From Camelus dromedarius (lineage: Eukaryota): a DNA stretch of 64,000 nt. Location of the stretch: the NCBI RefSeq assembly GCF_036321535.1, contig NC_087436.1:67024001-67088000 (forward strand), read 5' to 3'. The translations under genes were made by a program, and so were the position numbers. The notes under the pieces are model-generated. The model saw only the letters and a list, made by a program, of their open reading frames with translations. It was not told the origin of the DNA and ran no database searches. Positions 11,361-24,911 of the stretch are shown piece after piece; position 1 is the stretch's first letter; each line of letters opens with the position of its first letter.

Positions 11361-12509
11361 GTTACTACTCTGTTCATCTAACTCCAATTATTTACTATTG
11401 ACTGCAAAATTACCAAATTTCTTCAGCCTATCATTGAAAGCCTTCTACTATAAAGGGCTCAAATTTTCAACTTTATTTTACACTAAAATTTTGAATTCCC
11501 TGTTTCCTAAATCATTTCATACCTCTCTGCTTTTACATCTGGCACTCCACTCTACAGAAGCTCCTACCCTCTAAAAATGTTTAACATTCCCCTCATCCCA
11601 TCCTGTTACACACATCTCTCATCTAAAACCCTACTCAGTGTCCAAGGAGAGTCAAGCATTCAAGACTGATGTTGTCTCTTCTGAGAAAGAAGTGATTTGT
11701 TGGTTCTCCTTCTCCAGGTACCCAAAGCTTATGCATTATGTCAATCAACACACTGACACTATCTCCTGAATTAAAATCTGGAACAAATTATCTAACTGTA
11801 TCTATTGAGATAAAGAGCCAAAATTTAAACTAGGTATGTCTAAGAAAACCTGGGACACTGTTCCCTATAGTGGGGAATTACACTATCTCTCCTTGTTATG
11901 GAACTGAGAATACAGAATGCAAAGTACTTCGTATTCTCCACGTTGAATAGCAGCCATCTTTCTCATGGTTGTTTAATAATATTTATTACATACCTTTGGA
12001 AGAATGAACAGCTGTCAAATGAAGCCCCAGGGACGTCAATGAAAGTCATATTTTGGTCTAATGAAGGTTAATCAGGAAGAAAGTGAGGGTGGTTTGGCTT
12101 GGGCCTCAATCTCAAAGGAAATCTTATATTTGGCCATGTGTTGATTTCTTGGCATAGAAGTATCCTTAGCATACTTACATTAGATGATGGCCTTGCATGA
12201 AAACTAGGTTTGTCTTTTTACTTCATACTACTGGTTTGCACAAAGGCTACAAAGTTTGCATTTCTCATTGTTTGGGATAACTACTATAGCTTCAGAGTGG
12301 AGAAAGTGGCTGGTATCTCTCTAAATCTCTGCTTGGATCTGCCTTTTGTACTAAGCTTTCATGAAGAAAAGATATTCAGAATACCTTGATAAGACACCTT
12401 GAATGGTTACTATACTATAAAAGGTATTATACTTAAATTCTATATATTAATAGATCTAAATATATCTTCACGGCATTCAAGTAGAACAAAAGCAATTTTA
12501 TAAACAGAC

Positions 12510-12720
12510 TTGCTTGTATTTACTGAAGATTTACCGTGTGTGAAGCATTATGTGATGTTTGACATTAATTATTTTGCTTAACACTGACGTTTCAGCCATC
12601 ATGTCTGTGTAATTATTAGCCCCGTGTTAATGATGAGAAGACTGAGGAAATGAGATTAGGCAACCTGAGTAGTCCAACAGCTGGTAAGATGTGGAAATCT
12701 TAACCTATGGCACTAACTCT
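12510..12720 (-). mobile_element. MIR remnant
   Basis: attattagccccgtgttaatgatgagaagactgagg..gagattaggcaacctg..ccaacagctggtaag. Confidence 0.6.
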
Positions 12721-15700
12721 ATGTGGGAAAATTCTAATATAACAAAAGTAAAGAATAAATTTGATAACCAGTTGTTCAAGAAAAAAGAGGACTACCCAGA
12801 AATTCTGCATAAATGGGAACAGTTAGTAGATAAAAATATTACAATTTTCAGGTTTATTTAAATCTAAAAGGAATTAGCCAAATAACATAGTATGGCTCAG
12901 ATAAATGATTAGAAGAAAACAAGAAAAGAAGGCTCCTAAATGAGCATTACATAGAGAAAAAGACTGTCTCATGTACACAAAACCATATACACAATATGTT
13001 TGTATACAAAGGAGACAATGGACCAAATCAAGAAAATAACAAGACTGAGGTATGTGGACAGGTAGTATTAGCACAAGCAGACGGCAGGAAGCTCACGTAA
13101 ACCATGGTAGAAAACACAAGCAACAATCTTTATAAAAATAATCTAAGTAAAACTCCATAAACCAAAGAACATGTTTCCTAAAATATTTAATCTTAGCAGT
13201 TTTTTACATAATTGTTTTAAATGTTTTCATCACTTTGCTACCTTCTTTCCTTGGGAGAATTTGGGAAAAAAAAACAAAAGCCAAGCAAAATTTAACCCAG
13301 GGTAGGTTTTAGATATGAAATGATAGGATCCCCTAATGAAACTGTAAGATACTCTAATGAAGTTACTTCTTCAGATCCATGATTTCCTGAAATGGATACA
13401 TATATGATGATGTTAATTATTTTGATCCCAAAGGTAAAGATTGATTAAAATATATTTAAGTAATCAACAGTAGCTCTTGAAGTTCACAACCAGGTTAATG
13501 CTGACACATTGATTATTTTATATGCTGCATTTTAATTTAATTAAGATTTTAAAAAGTTTCATTATTACTTTGTTTTTTAAGAAAATTTTTTAAAGTTCTA
13601 GAATCCCTTCTCTCTATTAATGGCCCACATTTTTTACCTAACAAAGTTAGATTTAATATTATTTAAATTTAATTATCAGTTGGGTATTTAATTTTTAAAA
13701 TAATGAATTAATAGCATTTTAATAAATTAATGAGGGTTTAAATATATAAATTCTTTCATTACTTAACAATACATGAAAGCATTACTCATCAGAAACTTCA
13801 CTTATTAAACAGGTTCATCATCATATTCTGGCACTCATTTTTTTCTCTTTTCTATGAATATTGAGAATAAGATAAAATCCTCCACTGTCTCTGAGTATTA
13901 GTAGAGAGTTCTGTAGTGAAGAATAAGGAACAAGATATTCAAATAAATTACAGTGATCTGAGAGCTACTGATTCTTATCATTGGTGGCGGTGGTTGGTTT
14001 ATTCTCTACTCACCCCTACAGCACAGTGCTATGATCACCCACGTCGTGTGGGACTAGGAGGCCAAGGCTGCTGACGTCGATGAGGAGCCACACTGACTTG
14101 CCAGGTAGTTCGATGGTTACTCTTTGCCTCCAGCGTCTTGGACAACTGGCATCATATGAAGATGCAGATGCGGAAATAATAAGGACTCTCAGGGCTGAAG
14201 AAGGAGGAAAAGTATGCTCAGAAAAGTCACAAGACTGAAGTGATACATTGTGAGAGTGACTCACTTCACTTAAATCTCCACTTTTCTAACCATCTTCTGA
14301 ACTCCAGAAGTCTTTGCTGATATGTGAAAAACTAGCTGTATGATTTTTCATATTCAGAGAAAGGTTTTTTATTAAATTCAGCTCAAATACTGACTTGAAA
14401 TTCATAAATAAGCCACTCATATGAGAACATATTTTATAATGTATAGCTATTGTTTGCTAGAGGGGAAACTAATATATTTGCCCAATAACATAAAAAAATA
14501 AGGGTTACATTTGCAACCCGGCTTCTGATGACACTGTTGATTGTCCATGGAACAGGCTTCTAGGCAAAAATTGGCAGTGACAATCTCAGGTACTCTCATA
14601 CTTGGTGTGTGAGAAGTAAATCCAGAACATTTTTTGTAGGGTGGTTTTACAGTATCATTGTGCCTTTAATATGTGGGTAGCTTTACATCCAATAATTACA
14701 ATTATTAAATTTAAGCAAATTAATTAAAATGGACTAAAAGATTAAACATAATATATTTTTAATGGCTAAAAATCACCAATACTCTAATGTTCAAAAGAAG
14801 TGATAAATACATCTGTATAATAAAACATCACGGAGCCATTTAAATGCTTGGAAGAATGTGTACATAAAAAGGTAATTCTAAAATATCAAATTATAAAGGC
14901 ATATACAAAGTGGTTTTTTTAATGTGTAAAGTTATGTGCCATTAATGGCATTTGTATATGGTGAGATAATTTCTACTTTTTATTTTTGTGTTTTCTACTA
15001 TTAACATTTATTATTTATATAACAGTAGAAAATTAGAAGTAAACAAATTTCAGAAGAAAATGTGCATGCACTTATGCACACACACAGAGAAAATAAAAGA
15101 AAGAAGGAGAAACAGAGGAATAGAAGAGAGTTGAGATGGTGATAATGAGTAACCTTATACTACCCTAAATTTCTAAAATAAAAAATTTTAAGTTAGCCCC
15201 TATTCTAAAAAGATCATTTGTTTGACTTAATCACTTTTGTGGCATGTCAACAATATTTCCAAGTATTCTGACAATTCTGGGAGGCATACTTTCTGTTATA
15301 TACATCATGTTTTGATGCATTTCCTCCTGGAATCTCCATTGCCCCCAATTGGTTGATGGCTGTTCTGCTCCTGTCTTTTTTCCACACTGGCTTCATAACT
15401 GGCAACATCCCCCTTCCTTTGCTACAAAATGTGTAGGCTTTGAACAGCAGTTTTCTTAAAATACATGAAAAGAGAGGAGGATTTTATCACAGAATCAGTA
15501 AAAATTATTATTTGACTTGTGAAAATGTGAAAATGTTAGCAATGGTTTGTAGTAAAAGTAGTAGATTCCATTAAAGATACTATCAGGTCTTTCAGGCTAT
15601 AATTGAAAATAAATTTAACTGTCAGTGCTGATTGCCTCTGAGGAAGAACATGACCCACTAAAAGGGCTAAGCATGAACATACATTACAAATCAAAACCTT

Positions 15701-16239
15701 GGTTTAGGTCCACCAATAATTGTTATTGTTAAGGCTAAATTTGTTTATCAAGTAGAAATTAACAAAAATATGAAAATGGGTGTGTATTTCATAAATATAT
15801 ATTTTAAATATTAAACACATAATTTTTCTAGAGAGCACAATATCTAGGTTGAAATAAAAACTTCCTTTTCTTTACCTTTACAAAATATCTTCCCAGTATT
15901 ACTGTGTCTTAGAATCAAATTCCATTCCATGTTTAGAAAAATTTTAAAAAAGAATGATAAAAAATGCCCTCAAAGACAGAATAGTAATTTCCCCTTTGGT
16001 ACTTTAAAAAATCACTTCCAAGCTCTGGCTCATGTCTTGTGTGTGAAGCCTTCCTGCAGACTGACACAGTGGACGAGTCTAAGGACAGAGGTTTTTGTAA
16101 GCCCCCAATGGGAGGTGAATAGTAGTGAACACTAGTACCTTCAAAATGTGACAGGGTCCTAGAATGCAAATTTCTAAAACATTGCATTTTCTCTTAAGGT
16201 TTTGCCTGTCAAAACTATTTTACTAAAAGTGAGTTTTTG

Positions 16240-16965
16240 TAGAAATTTCATTTTGAAATAATTATAGATTCACAAGATATTGCAAAGGAAGGTATAAAAA
16301 AGTCATGTGGATCCTTTCCTGTATCCCTAAATCTCCCCCAATGCTAACATGATAAACCTATAATACAAAATTAAAACCAAGAAATTGACATTGGTACAAT
16401 TTATAGAGCTTATTCATGTTTCAACAGTTATACATGCACTTTTGCGTGTGTGTGTGTATGAGTGTATATGTCTATGAAACTTTATTACATGTGAATGTAG
16501 CCTTGTATGACCTCCAGGAAAATTAGGATACTTGTACCATCACTGAACTATTCCCTCATGTTATCTCTTTCTATCCACACATATCCTCTACCCTATCCCA
16601 TGGAAACCACTAATAAATTCTCCATTTATGTTATGCTATTTCACAATGTTACATAAGTGGAATTGTGTCATATGTACTCTTTTGAGACTGGCTTTATTCA
16701 TTCAGCATAATTTCCTTGGATTCAGCCAATTTGTTGGTATATCAATAGCTCATTCCCTTTGACTGCTGAGTACTATCCCATGGTATGGAGGTACCAGTTT
16801 GTTTAATCATTCACTCATCAAAGGACAGTTGAGTGGTTTCCAGCTTTGGGCTACTACAAATAAAGCTGCTATTTGTGTACAAATTCCTGTGTGAAAATAA
16901 GTTTCACATCTTTGGAGTAAATACCCAAGAGTACAATTGTTGAGCCCTGTGTTATGCCAATTTTC
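16240..16965 (-). mobile_element. Old L1 (L1M-type) 3' end
   Basis: ttttgaaataattatagattcacaag...aaccaagaaattgacattggtacaat...ctggctttattcattcagcataat...aaataaagctgctat...ggagtaaatacccaagagt is typical antisense L1 3' UTR/ORF2 end. Confidence 0.8.
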
Positions 16966-18357
16966 ACTGCTAATTTTTTAATGATATGTCATTTATAGCC
17001 ACTCTCATTGTACCTTGAACTTATTTGACAAAAACAGGATGAATCAGATCCAATTATATAGTAAAGCTCTGTAAAAAGAAAATACTAGGACACACAAAAA
17101 TGTTCAACATGTACACAAAACAGCAAATGAAATAGCCAACAGAACATTAAATTAATAGAAAAGAATTTTTGAAGGAAAAATTTCAGAAAATTAAGTACAT
17201 ATCTTGATATACAAATTTCATAACATTTCTATATTTAAACTTTAAGTATCATAATAATAGATAATTATCTTAATGAAATAATAGTCATACACATTTTACT
17301 TCCTTGATTTATTCAAAATATATTCTTCAACATCATTCTTTCTCCCTAAAAAACTTGTTTTAGACTCTCAGCACATATTTCAGTACTGAATGAGTAACTC
17401 ATATCACTTTGTCCCAAACTGACATTTCAAAGAATGAGTCCAAATACACTTGCAGAGATATTTTTGAGTTCATTCAAGCTGAGCAGTACTTCTTATCTTT
17501 GAAATGTCAGGTGGCTGGTTTCAGGAAAATAGAAATACATCTCTTTTTAAATATCATCATACATGTGCACATAGGATTATGACTTGATTTCTCCAAGCAC
17601 ACTGTGGGAAAATTTTTTTATTTGTGTGTAAAGGTTTTCTTTTCCAGAAAAAAAAATAAAAGCACTAGATAAATAAACATCAACTATCTTAATTATGTTC
17701 CATTAGCAGTTTTACTTGAAGTCAATTTTTATATCTTCCCATTTTGGATTTTCTAGTCACTTTTAGTGGATTAAAATTTTTATTATCATGTAGTGCAGTA
17801 ATACGAAAATTCAAGAACTCAATCACGTAGACCAAATATTTTTAATAGGATATTTGAAACCTAAATTTGACATTAAAATATTTTATAAAATTGCAAACAA
17901 CTACATAAAATATTTTTGTACCTTTAACCACACATGAATACATTTTTATGGCTCCCGTATTTGCTTAAAAGCATTAAAAAATACTGATGAATTTGTGCAT
18001 TGTATAAAGATAGCAGACAGAACTCATGCATCTGCTTTAGATTACCTCTAAAACTCTACTAAAATTATTGACAAAGGGATTTAAAAAACAAACACTAATT
18101 TATAATGAGCAAGAAGACAGAATACAATACAAAAATATGTTGGGAGATAGACTGCAAATGGCTGAGTGATAATCAACGAGGCCCAAGAATGTTGAATCCT
18201 AAATTACCAGGTGGAAAAACTAACTTGTTACCTGATGTTTACCACAAGTTCCAAAAAGGGTCTTCAATTCACAGCATTAGATAATTCTGATAGTGGAATA
18301 ATGGGATAAAAATATGAGTTTTAGTTGAAGGATATTTCAAAAAGAATATGGATTCCA

Positions 18358-19318
18358 TGTCTGTGAGTCTGTTTCTGTTTTGAAAATAAGTTCTTTTGTC
18401 TTATTTTTAGATTCCACATTTAAGTGATATCATATGGTATTTTTCTTTCTCTTCCTGGCTTACTTCACTTAGAATGACAATCTTCAGGTCCATCCATATT
18501 GCTGCAAATGGCATTATTTTATTCTTTTTTATGGCTAAGTAGTATTCTATTGCATAAATATACCACAACTTCTTTATCCAGTCATCTGTCGATGGACATT
18601 TAGATTGTTTCCATGTCTTGGGTACTGTAAATAGTGCTGCTATGAACACTGGGGTGCATGTGTCTTTTTGAATTAAGATTCCCTCTGGATATATGCCCAG
18701 AAGTGGGATTGCTGGATCATATAGTAAGTCTATTTTTAGTCTTTTAAGCAATCTCCATATTGTTTTCCATAATGACTGGACCAAACTACATTCCCACCAA
18801 GAGTGTAGGAAGGTGCCCTTTTTCCTACACCCTCTCCAACATTTATCATTTGTGGGCTTTTTAATGATGGCCATTCTGACTGGTGTGAGGTGATACCTCA
18901 TTGTAGTTTTGATTTGTATGTCTCTTATAATTAACAATATTGAACATTTTTTCATGTGCCTTTTGGCCATCTGTATGTCTTCATTGGAGAATTGCTTGTT
19001 TAGGTCAAACTTATGGTTACCAGGGTGGGGGAATGGGTGGAAAGGGATAAATTGGGAATTTGAGATTTGCAGATACTAATATACATATAATCGATAAACA
19101 ATGGGGGCATACTGTATAGCACATGGAGCTATATTCAATATTTTGTGGTAACTTATGGTGGGGGGAATAAAAAATGAATATATGTATGATCATGTATGAC
19201 TGAAGCATTATGCTGTACACCAGAAATTGACACAACATTGTAAACTGACTATACTTCAATAAAAATATATACACACACACATACAAAAAAAAAAAAACTC
19301 AAAAAAAAAAAAAAAAAA
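18358..19318 (+). mobile_element. Young lineage-specific L1, 5'-truncated with 5' inversion (18358-19006 inverted; 19007-19318 sense plus poly-A)
   Basis: The minus-strand ORF 18407-18970 is the L1 ORF2 C-terminus ([26 protein letters not shown]..). The 3' UTR and poly-A are on the plus strand. Flanking TSD is AAAAAGAAT(A)TGGATTCCA at 18339-18357 and 19314-19331. Confidence 0.93.
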
Positions 19319-19486
19319 GAATTGGATTCCAAGATGCTCTTCCCTAAACTATTTAGGTACGCTGCCCTCTTCCTTACACCACTCATACCAGGAATCTTAT
19401 TCTCTGATTAAAAAGGTAAACAGAAGGCCTCTGATCTAGTTTATATCAGGTAGAATGAGATAAGAATAGTGTCCTGCATATTATTT

Positions 19487-20014
19487 TATATTAGTTGCCT
19501 ATTGCTCTGAAATAAACTACACCAACATTCAGTTGTCTCAAACAACATCGATTACCTCACAGTTTCTATAGATCTGGAAACTGGGTAGCTGGATTTGCTG
19601 CTTCATGGTTCCTCAGAGGCTGAAATCAAACAGTTGGATGGAACTGTAGTCATTTCACTGCTTAACTGGCAAAAGATTTACTTCCGAGCTCACTCACTTT
19701 GTTGTTGGCAGGATTCGGTTATGTGCAGCCTCTTAGTCAGAGGCTATCCTCAGTTTCCCTCCATATGAGTCATTTCAACATTACATCTTGCTTCATAAAA
19801 GGAAGCAAGTCCAGAAGGTGAAAGTGCAAGCAACGCAAGAGTTATAATCTTTTACAACCTAATTTCCAAAATTATATTCTATAGCTTCTGCCTATGCAAT
19901 TCATTAGAAACAAGTCACTAGGTCAGCTCACACTCGAAGAGGAGAGGATTACACAAGGATGTGAATATCAGGAGGTGAGGTCATGGGAACATCTTGGGAA
20001 GTGTGATCACCACA
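19487..20014 (-). mobile_element. MaLR solo LTR (MLT1-type)
   Basis: tatattagttgcctattgct...aaacaaca...ctcacagtttct...caagtcactaggtcagctcacactcgaagaggagaggattacacaaggatgtgaatatcaggagg...caccaca. Confidence 0.75.
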
Positions 20015-20089
20015 CATGACTTGTGTTTATGGAACTCCAGGACTGCCAACCTTCCTTGCTCACTCAGCTATGAATCCATGAAACAGGAA

Positions 20090-21475
20090 CAAGACATAAA
20101 AATGAAACAGTATAATAAAAGAGTTTTTGAAAATTAAATATGTATTATTGAAATTAAAAACTCAATAAAAGGGATGATTATACAGTGAAGAAAATGAAGC
20201 AACAAGACAAAAACCTGGGATACAGAGGAGTGAATATAAGAACTTTCCAAGGACTTGTCAGAAGGTCAAACATTCTAAAAGAATAATTCCAGAAGAATAG
20301 AAAAGAGAATGAAAGAAAGAAAACTATCAAAGAAATATTTAAAGTAAAAACACCTGAAAATGAGGGATTCAAGTTCACATATTGAAAACCTATACCCCAT
20401 ACCAAGTGATCAGTAAAATGGATAAAAATAGAGTCATGCAAAGGTGCTTTGACATGACACTTCAGAACAACAATGAAAACGAAGAGTCTGTTAGCTCCTA
20501 GAGAGAGAGAAAAATGTTACCAAAAATACACGTAGAAAGAATCAGAAATCAATCATTTAAGAATGTGAAGAGCAACTCTGGATAATAGAACAGAATGGAA
20601 TAACGTCTTCAAATTTCAGAAAAAAAAAATTTCCAACCTTAAATTTTATATCCAGCTGAATTAGCAGTATGTGTGAAGACTGAATAAACTTATATTCTTT
20701 TGTACCTCTGATTCAACTTTTCTTAGGAAGATACTGGATGATGTCCTCTATCAAAACAAGGGTATAAATCAAGATGTGTAGATTTAGCACATATGTCTCC
20801 AGCACTAAGATAAAGTAAAATAAAATTCTCAGAATATGATCAAGGATGATCCCAAGATGAGATGTGTATTACAGCCATGGAGGCCAAACATTTCTGACTG
20901 GAGAAATCAGACTGTTCTTGGAAAGATTTCTTTCAGAGGATAAAACTGATAGAATGCCAGATGCATATTAATACAAGGAGAAGAGTAATATAAGAAGCAG
21001 ATTACCTGGAGTTATTTTATTGATAGATAGGAAAAACAGGACAGTTATTCAGGGAAAGTATAGTTTTAAGGACAAAAACAAGTAATCATTATGATACTTC
21101 TTGATCTGTTGATAGCATTCACACAGTGGTAACAACATAAATAGTAAATGTAGATCTAATATTTCGATAAATAGGAGTGACGTAATGGTTATAGAGGGTG
21201 ATGATGAAAGAGAATAAAATCCTTACCTTTATTATTGCAAAATCAATAGATAACATATAAACCTTAAAAAGTGAGATGCTGAAGTATGTATATGTTATTT
21301 AGAGATACAGTGTTACATACGAAAATAATCAGCTAAAAGTGTCAAAATTGTTGATTTTGGAGATAAGATGTTAGGGACAGAGACACTGAACCACTGTTTC
21401 ATCAATAAGCCTTATAGAACTGTGAGTCTTTAAATTATACCCGTGTATAACATTCATTAAAATACAACTGAAAAT
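20090..21475 (+). mobile_element. Degenerate old L1 (ORF1-region and 3' remnants)
   Basis: A-rich sequence with L1 ORF1-like motifs (gaaattaaaaactcaataaaaggg, gaatggaataacgtcttcaaa, ttccaaccttaaattttatatccagc). Confidence 0.55.
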
Positions 21476-22360
21476 ATCATTTATGTGGTTTAAATATTTC
21501 ACAAATATTTAACATAAGTAGTATTCTTCAATTTGTATTTTTAATGTCGGCATTATATTTACAACTCTTATACATATCAATAAATATGCATCCCTTTCAG
21601 TTAGTCATATAGTTTCACAGTATTCTGATTATGGATTAATGCACAATTTGGTTATCCATTTTCTACCACTTTTGGTAATGAAATAGAAGCTCTTGCATGT
21701 GCTTTGCATGAGTTTATTTAAATTTACATATTTAGAAATGGAATTGAAGGATTGTAATATTAAGATATTGCCAACTTGTATTCTATAATGTCTGTAAAAT
21801 TTTTCAACTGAAATATTGCAAATTTGGCAAGGGATGAATATTGTTACTTCTTCTCCAAAGACTGTTAAGTCATTCTCCTTTGACAACTGATTTCTGAGAA
21901 AACTGTTTATTGCTAAATTCTATAGTGACTTTATTATTATATTTCTATATTTCTTTATTATTATATTTTCTCTAAGGAGTTCATGGAGTTTTCTTCTTTT
22001 TTTCTATGCAACAATAAAGACACAATTTGAGGCAAACTGCTTTAAATCTTTTTAGCTTAACCTTAATGAAATCACAAAAATGACTGCTATGAAGGATTAA
22101 ATATCAATCAGTACTAGGACCTGGGTCTATGTTTGTTTGTTTGCTTGTTTGTTTGTTTTAAGTGGGACACGTTTTTCCTTTAGCTGAATGAAAAAATTTT
22201 GATGGTATCCTGAGTATCAATTTAAAATATAAGTCTAAATTAAAAGCAAAGAAACAATAAACTTTGTTTTAGTTATGAATAATTGAAATTATCTCACTAT
22301 TTTATTTAAGCAAAAAGCAGTTAACTTTTAGTTAACAACATATTTTAGAAAGACCTGCAT

Positions 22361-22760
22361 TGAAGTAAGCCAGAAAAAGAAAGAAAAATACCACATGACA
22401 TCACTTACATGTGGAGCCTGAACAAACAAAAGAAAAGACAAATGAACTTATTTACAAAACAGAAACAGACTCACAGACATAGAAAACAATCTTATGGTTA
22501 CCAGGGGATAGAGTGTGGTAAGGGATAAATTGGGAGTTCGAGATTTGCAGATACTAATACATATAAAATAGGTAATAAGTTCATACTGTATAGCACAGGG
22601 AACTATATTCAATATCTTATAGTAACTTATGGTGAAAAAGAATAAGAAAATTAATATATGTATGTTCATGTATGACTGAAGCATTATGCAGTACACCAGA
22701 AATTGACACAACATTGTAAACTGACTATATACATCAATAAAATTATATATACAAAAAAAT
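22361..22760 (+). mobile_element. Young L1 3' fragment (~400 bp), same family as the 18.4-19.3 kb copy
   Basis: tgaagtaagccagaaaaagaaagaaaaataccac...cagactcacagacatagaaaac...cagaaattgacacaacattgtaaactgactata...aataaaa; long near-identical stretches with 19007-19265. Confidence 0.9.
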
Positions 22761-24099
22761 TCTAATGAAATTGTGCATGTGTGTAATTACTATTCACATC
22801 TGCATACAACTACTGGTAAAATTGTTGTAATTGTGTTCCCAAGTGTGGGCTGAAAAAGCTCAATGCCTAATGAAGATCCATTTTCAAAATTTTTACAATT
22901 CTTTCTTATAGCCATTTCTACTGAATTTTTCATTGCTTTCAAGTCAGTTTCAGCCTCAACCTTATAGTCCAGTCTGTTCACGTATGCCCAAGATTGGGAA
23001 TTGTTAATTAGTGCAGACAAGTTTGTTTATTCATTCTGGTTCTTCGTCAGGTGTTTAGGTGTTCTAAGTCGTGGGAATTTTACTTGGGAGTTGTAAAGCA
23101 CTTTCTTTGCATTCCTTATGTCTGAATTCCAGTTTTCAGATCTGAAAGAAGGAATTCAATTAAAAGACATTTTAAGGTACCCAAAGCACAGTGGTATTTC
23201 AGGTCATGCGTCTTCCAGAAATGAAGTATCTATAATTTGGTCAGCAGTGAAATGAAACTATTAACTGTTCCATGTTTGCTAACCTGAAGCATATAAATTA
23301 ATGGTAACATTATCACTGAATTAAACACCTGCCCAGAGCTATAGGACACAGGCATGGCAAATCTTAAATACAAACTGTGTATCTGTGAAAGAATTGATGA
23401 TAGCTAAGTCCAACTTGTAAAGCTGGCGAAGATTTGTTTGTTTGTTTATGCAAAGTGCCCTGCCTGTCCATGGAATGCCAGCTGGAGAAGAAGATGCATT
23501 CAGCTCATGACTCAAATATTTTGGAAGTTCTGTTGGAATTTACATTGACTAAGAATGTTGTGGGGAAATGACTCAGCCTAAAAGAAAATTGTGTCTAATT
23601 ATGTACCTTCTCCCAATCTTTCCATTCTATTGTTCAAAAACATCACTGTCTTTAATTATTTACATATGGATTACTTGAAAATAATAAATTTACACTATTT
23701 GTAAATGTAAGGCAGCAGAATTATGTTATTACAGGCCTTATTGGTTATAGATGGTCCCAAGCCTCACTGCTTCTCCTATATTTGCTATTTAGTGCAAAAT
23801 ATACAGAGGAAATAATGCTGACAAAATTTCTAAACAGGCAGGTGCTGAGCACTGTTCTTTCCATCATATAGGAAAGTTAACCCTAGAGCTTTATCTAGAC
23901 AAGTGGTCCCCAAAGTTTTCTGATAATACATCCCACCATTAAAATATTTTTGGACAAATATCCCCAAACATGTTTATTTATTTATAAACTGTTTATACCT
24001 ACTTCTTTACTAATGCATTATCCTACATTGTAAACCATCACAAAACCCAGAGGTGTTATAAATGATTAAATTTATTTTAAAGATTTTTATTAATTACAG

Positions 24100-24610
24100 A
24101 GGTACATTTATACTGCAAATTGTCTTTTTGATGATTTAGAAGTTTTCTGCAGACCTCTTCTCATGTCATTTAGACCATCATTGTTTTTGTCTTGCAGGGT
24201 AGCCTACCAGAAAGTTGAACTTGATTGATAAGCATCAATTTTGCCATTTTTGAATATTTGCTCTTGTTTGGATTATTAATCATATATTATCTTTAATATA
24301 CATATACTTGGCAGAAATCTTTGTAGGCTACTTGTCCCTTTTATGAGTATTGTATTCATTAAAACTATAAAACATATAGTATGTAAGGCCACTTGCATAG
24401 CTGTGCACATGCAAACTTCAGTAAGTCAGAAAATGCTAAGCAAGTAGTATGTGACTCTGTCAATCTCTCCAGGATGTGGAACTTCTACTCTTTACATAGG
24501 ACACAATGCATGCCACCTGTGACAAGTGACCCCCTAAGGACTAAGCAAGGAATCAATGTCAGTTTATATATTCAAACTCTCCAAGGGACTGCCCTCAGTT
24601 TGTAGATAAC
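24100..24610 (-). mobile_element. Possible hAT-Charlie DNA transposon remnant (transposase N-terminal region)
   Basis: Minus strand ggacaagtagcctacaaagatttctgccaag...aaagataata resembles my recollection of a Charlie transposase start; highly decayed. Confidence 0.35.
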
Positions 24611-24620
24611 CTCCTTAGAC

Positions 24621-24863
24621 CAGTTGTTTTCAATCGTGGTGTAGTGGTTATACGATACAAGCACAGATGGTTTTAAAGAAATTAATTTCTCACTTCCCTA
24701 TGGATTCCTTCCTAAGACTGGTAAGGTTCCCGAGTCAAGCAACTTCTTTCCTACATCTCCTTTCTCTAGTATATTTATCTCCTCCATATATAAAAAGGAA
24801 CATTTCTCACCCATCCCAAGGCTAATTACAGTATATTGCTCCATAATGTAAAACTCCCCAGGG

Positions 24864-24911
<48 letters not shown>

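Noticed and set aside
18407..18970. 187-aa ORF as a host gene or domesticated protein
   Set aside because: It is the L1 ORF2 C-terminus inside a truncated, inverted insertion.
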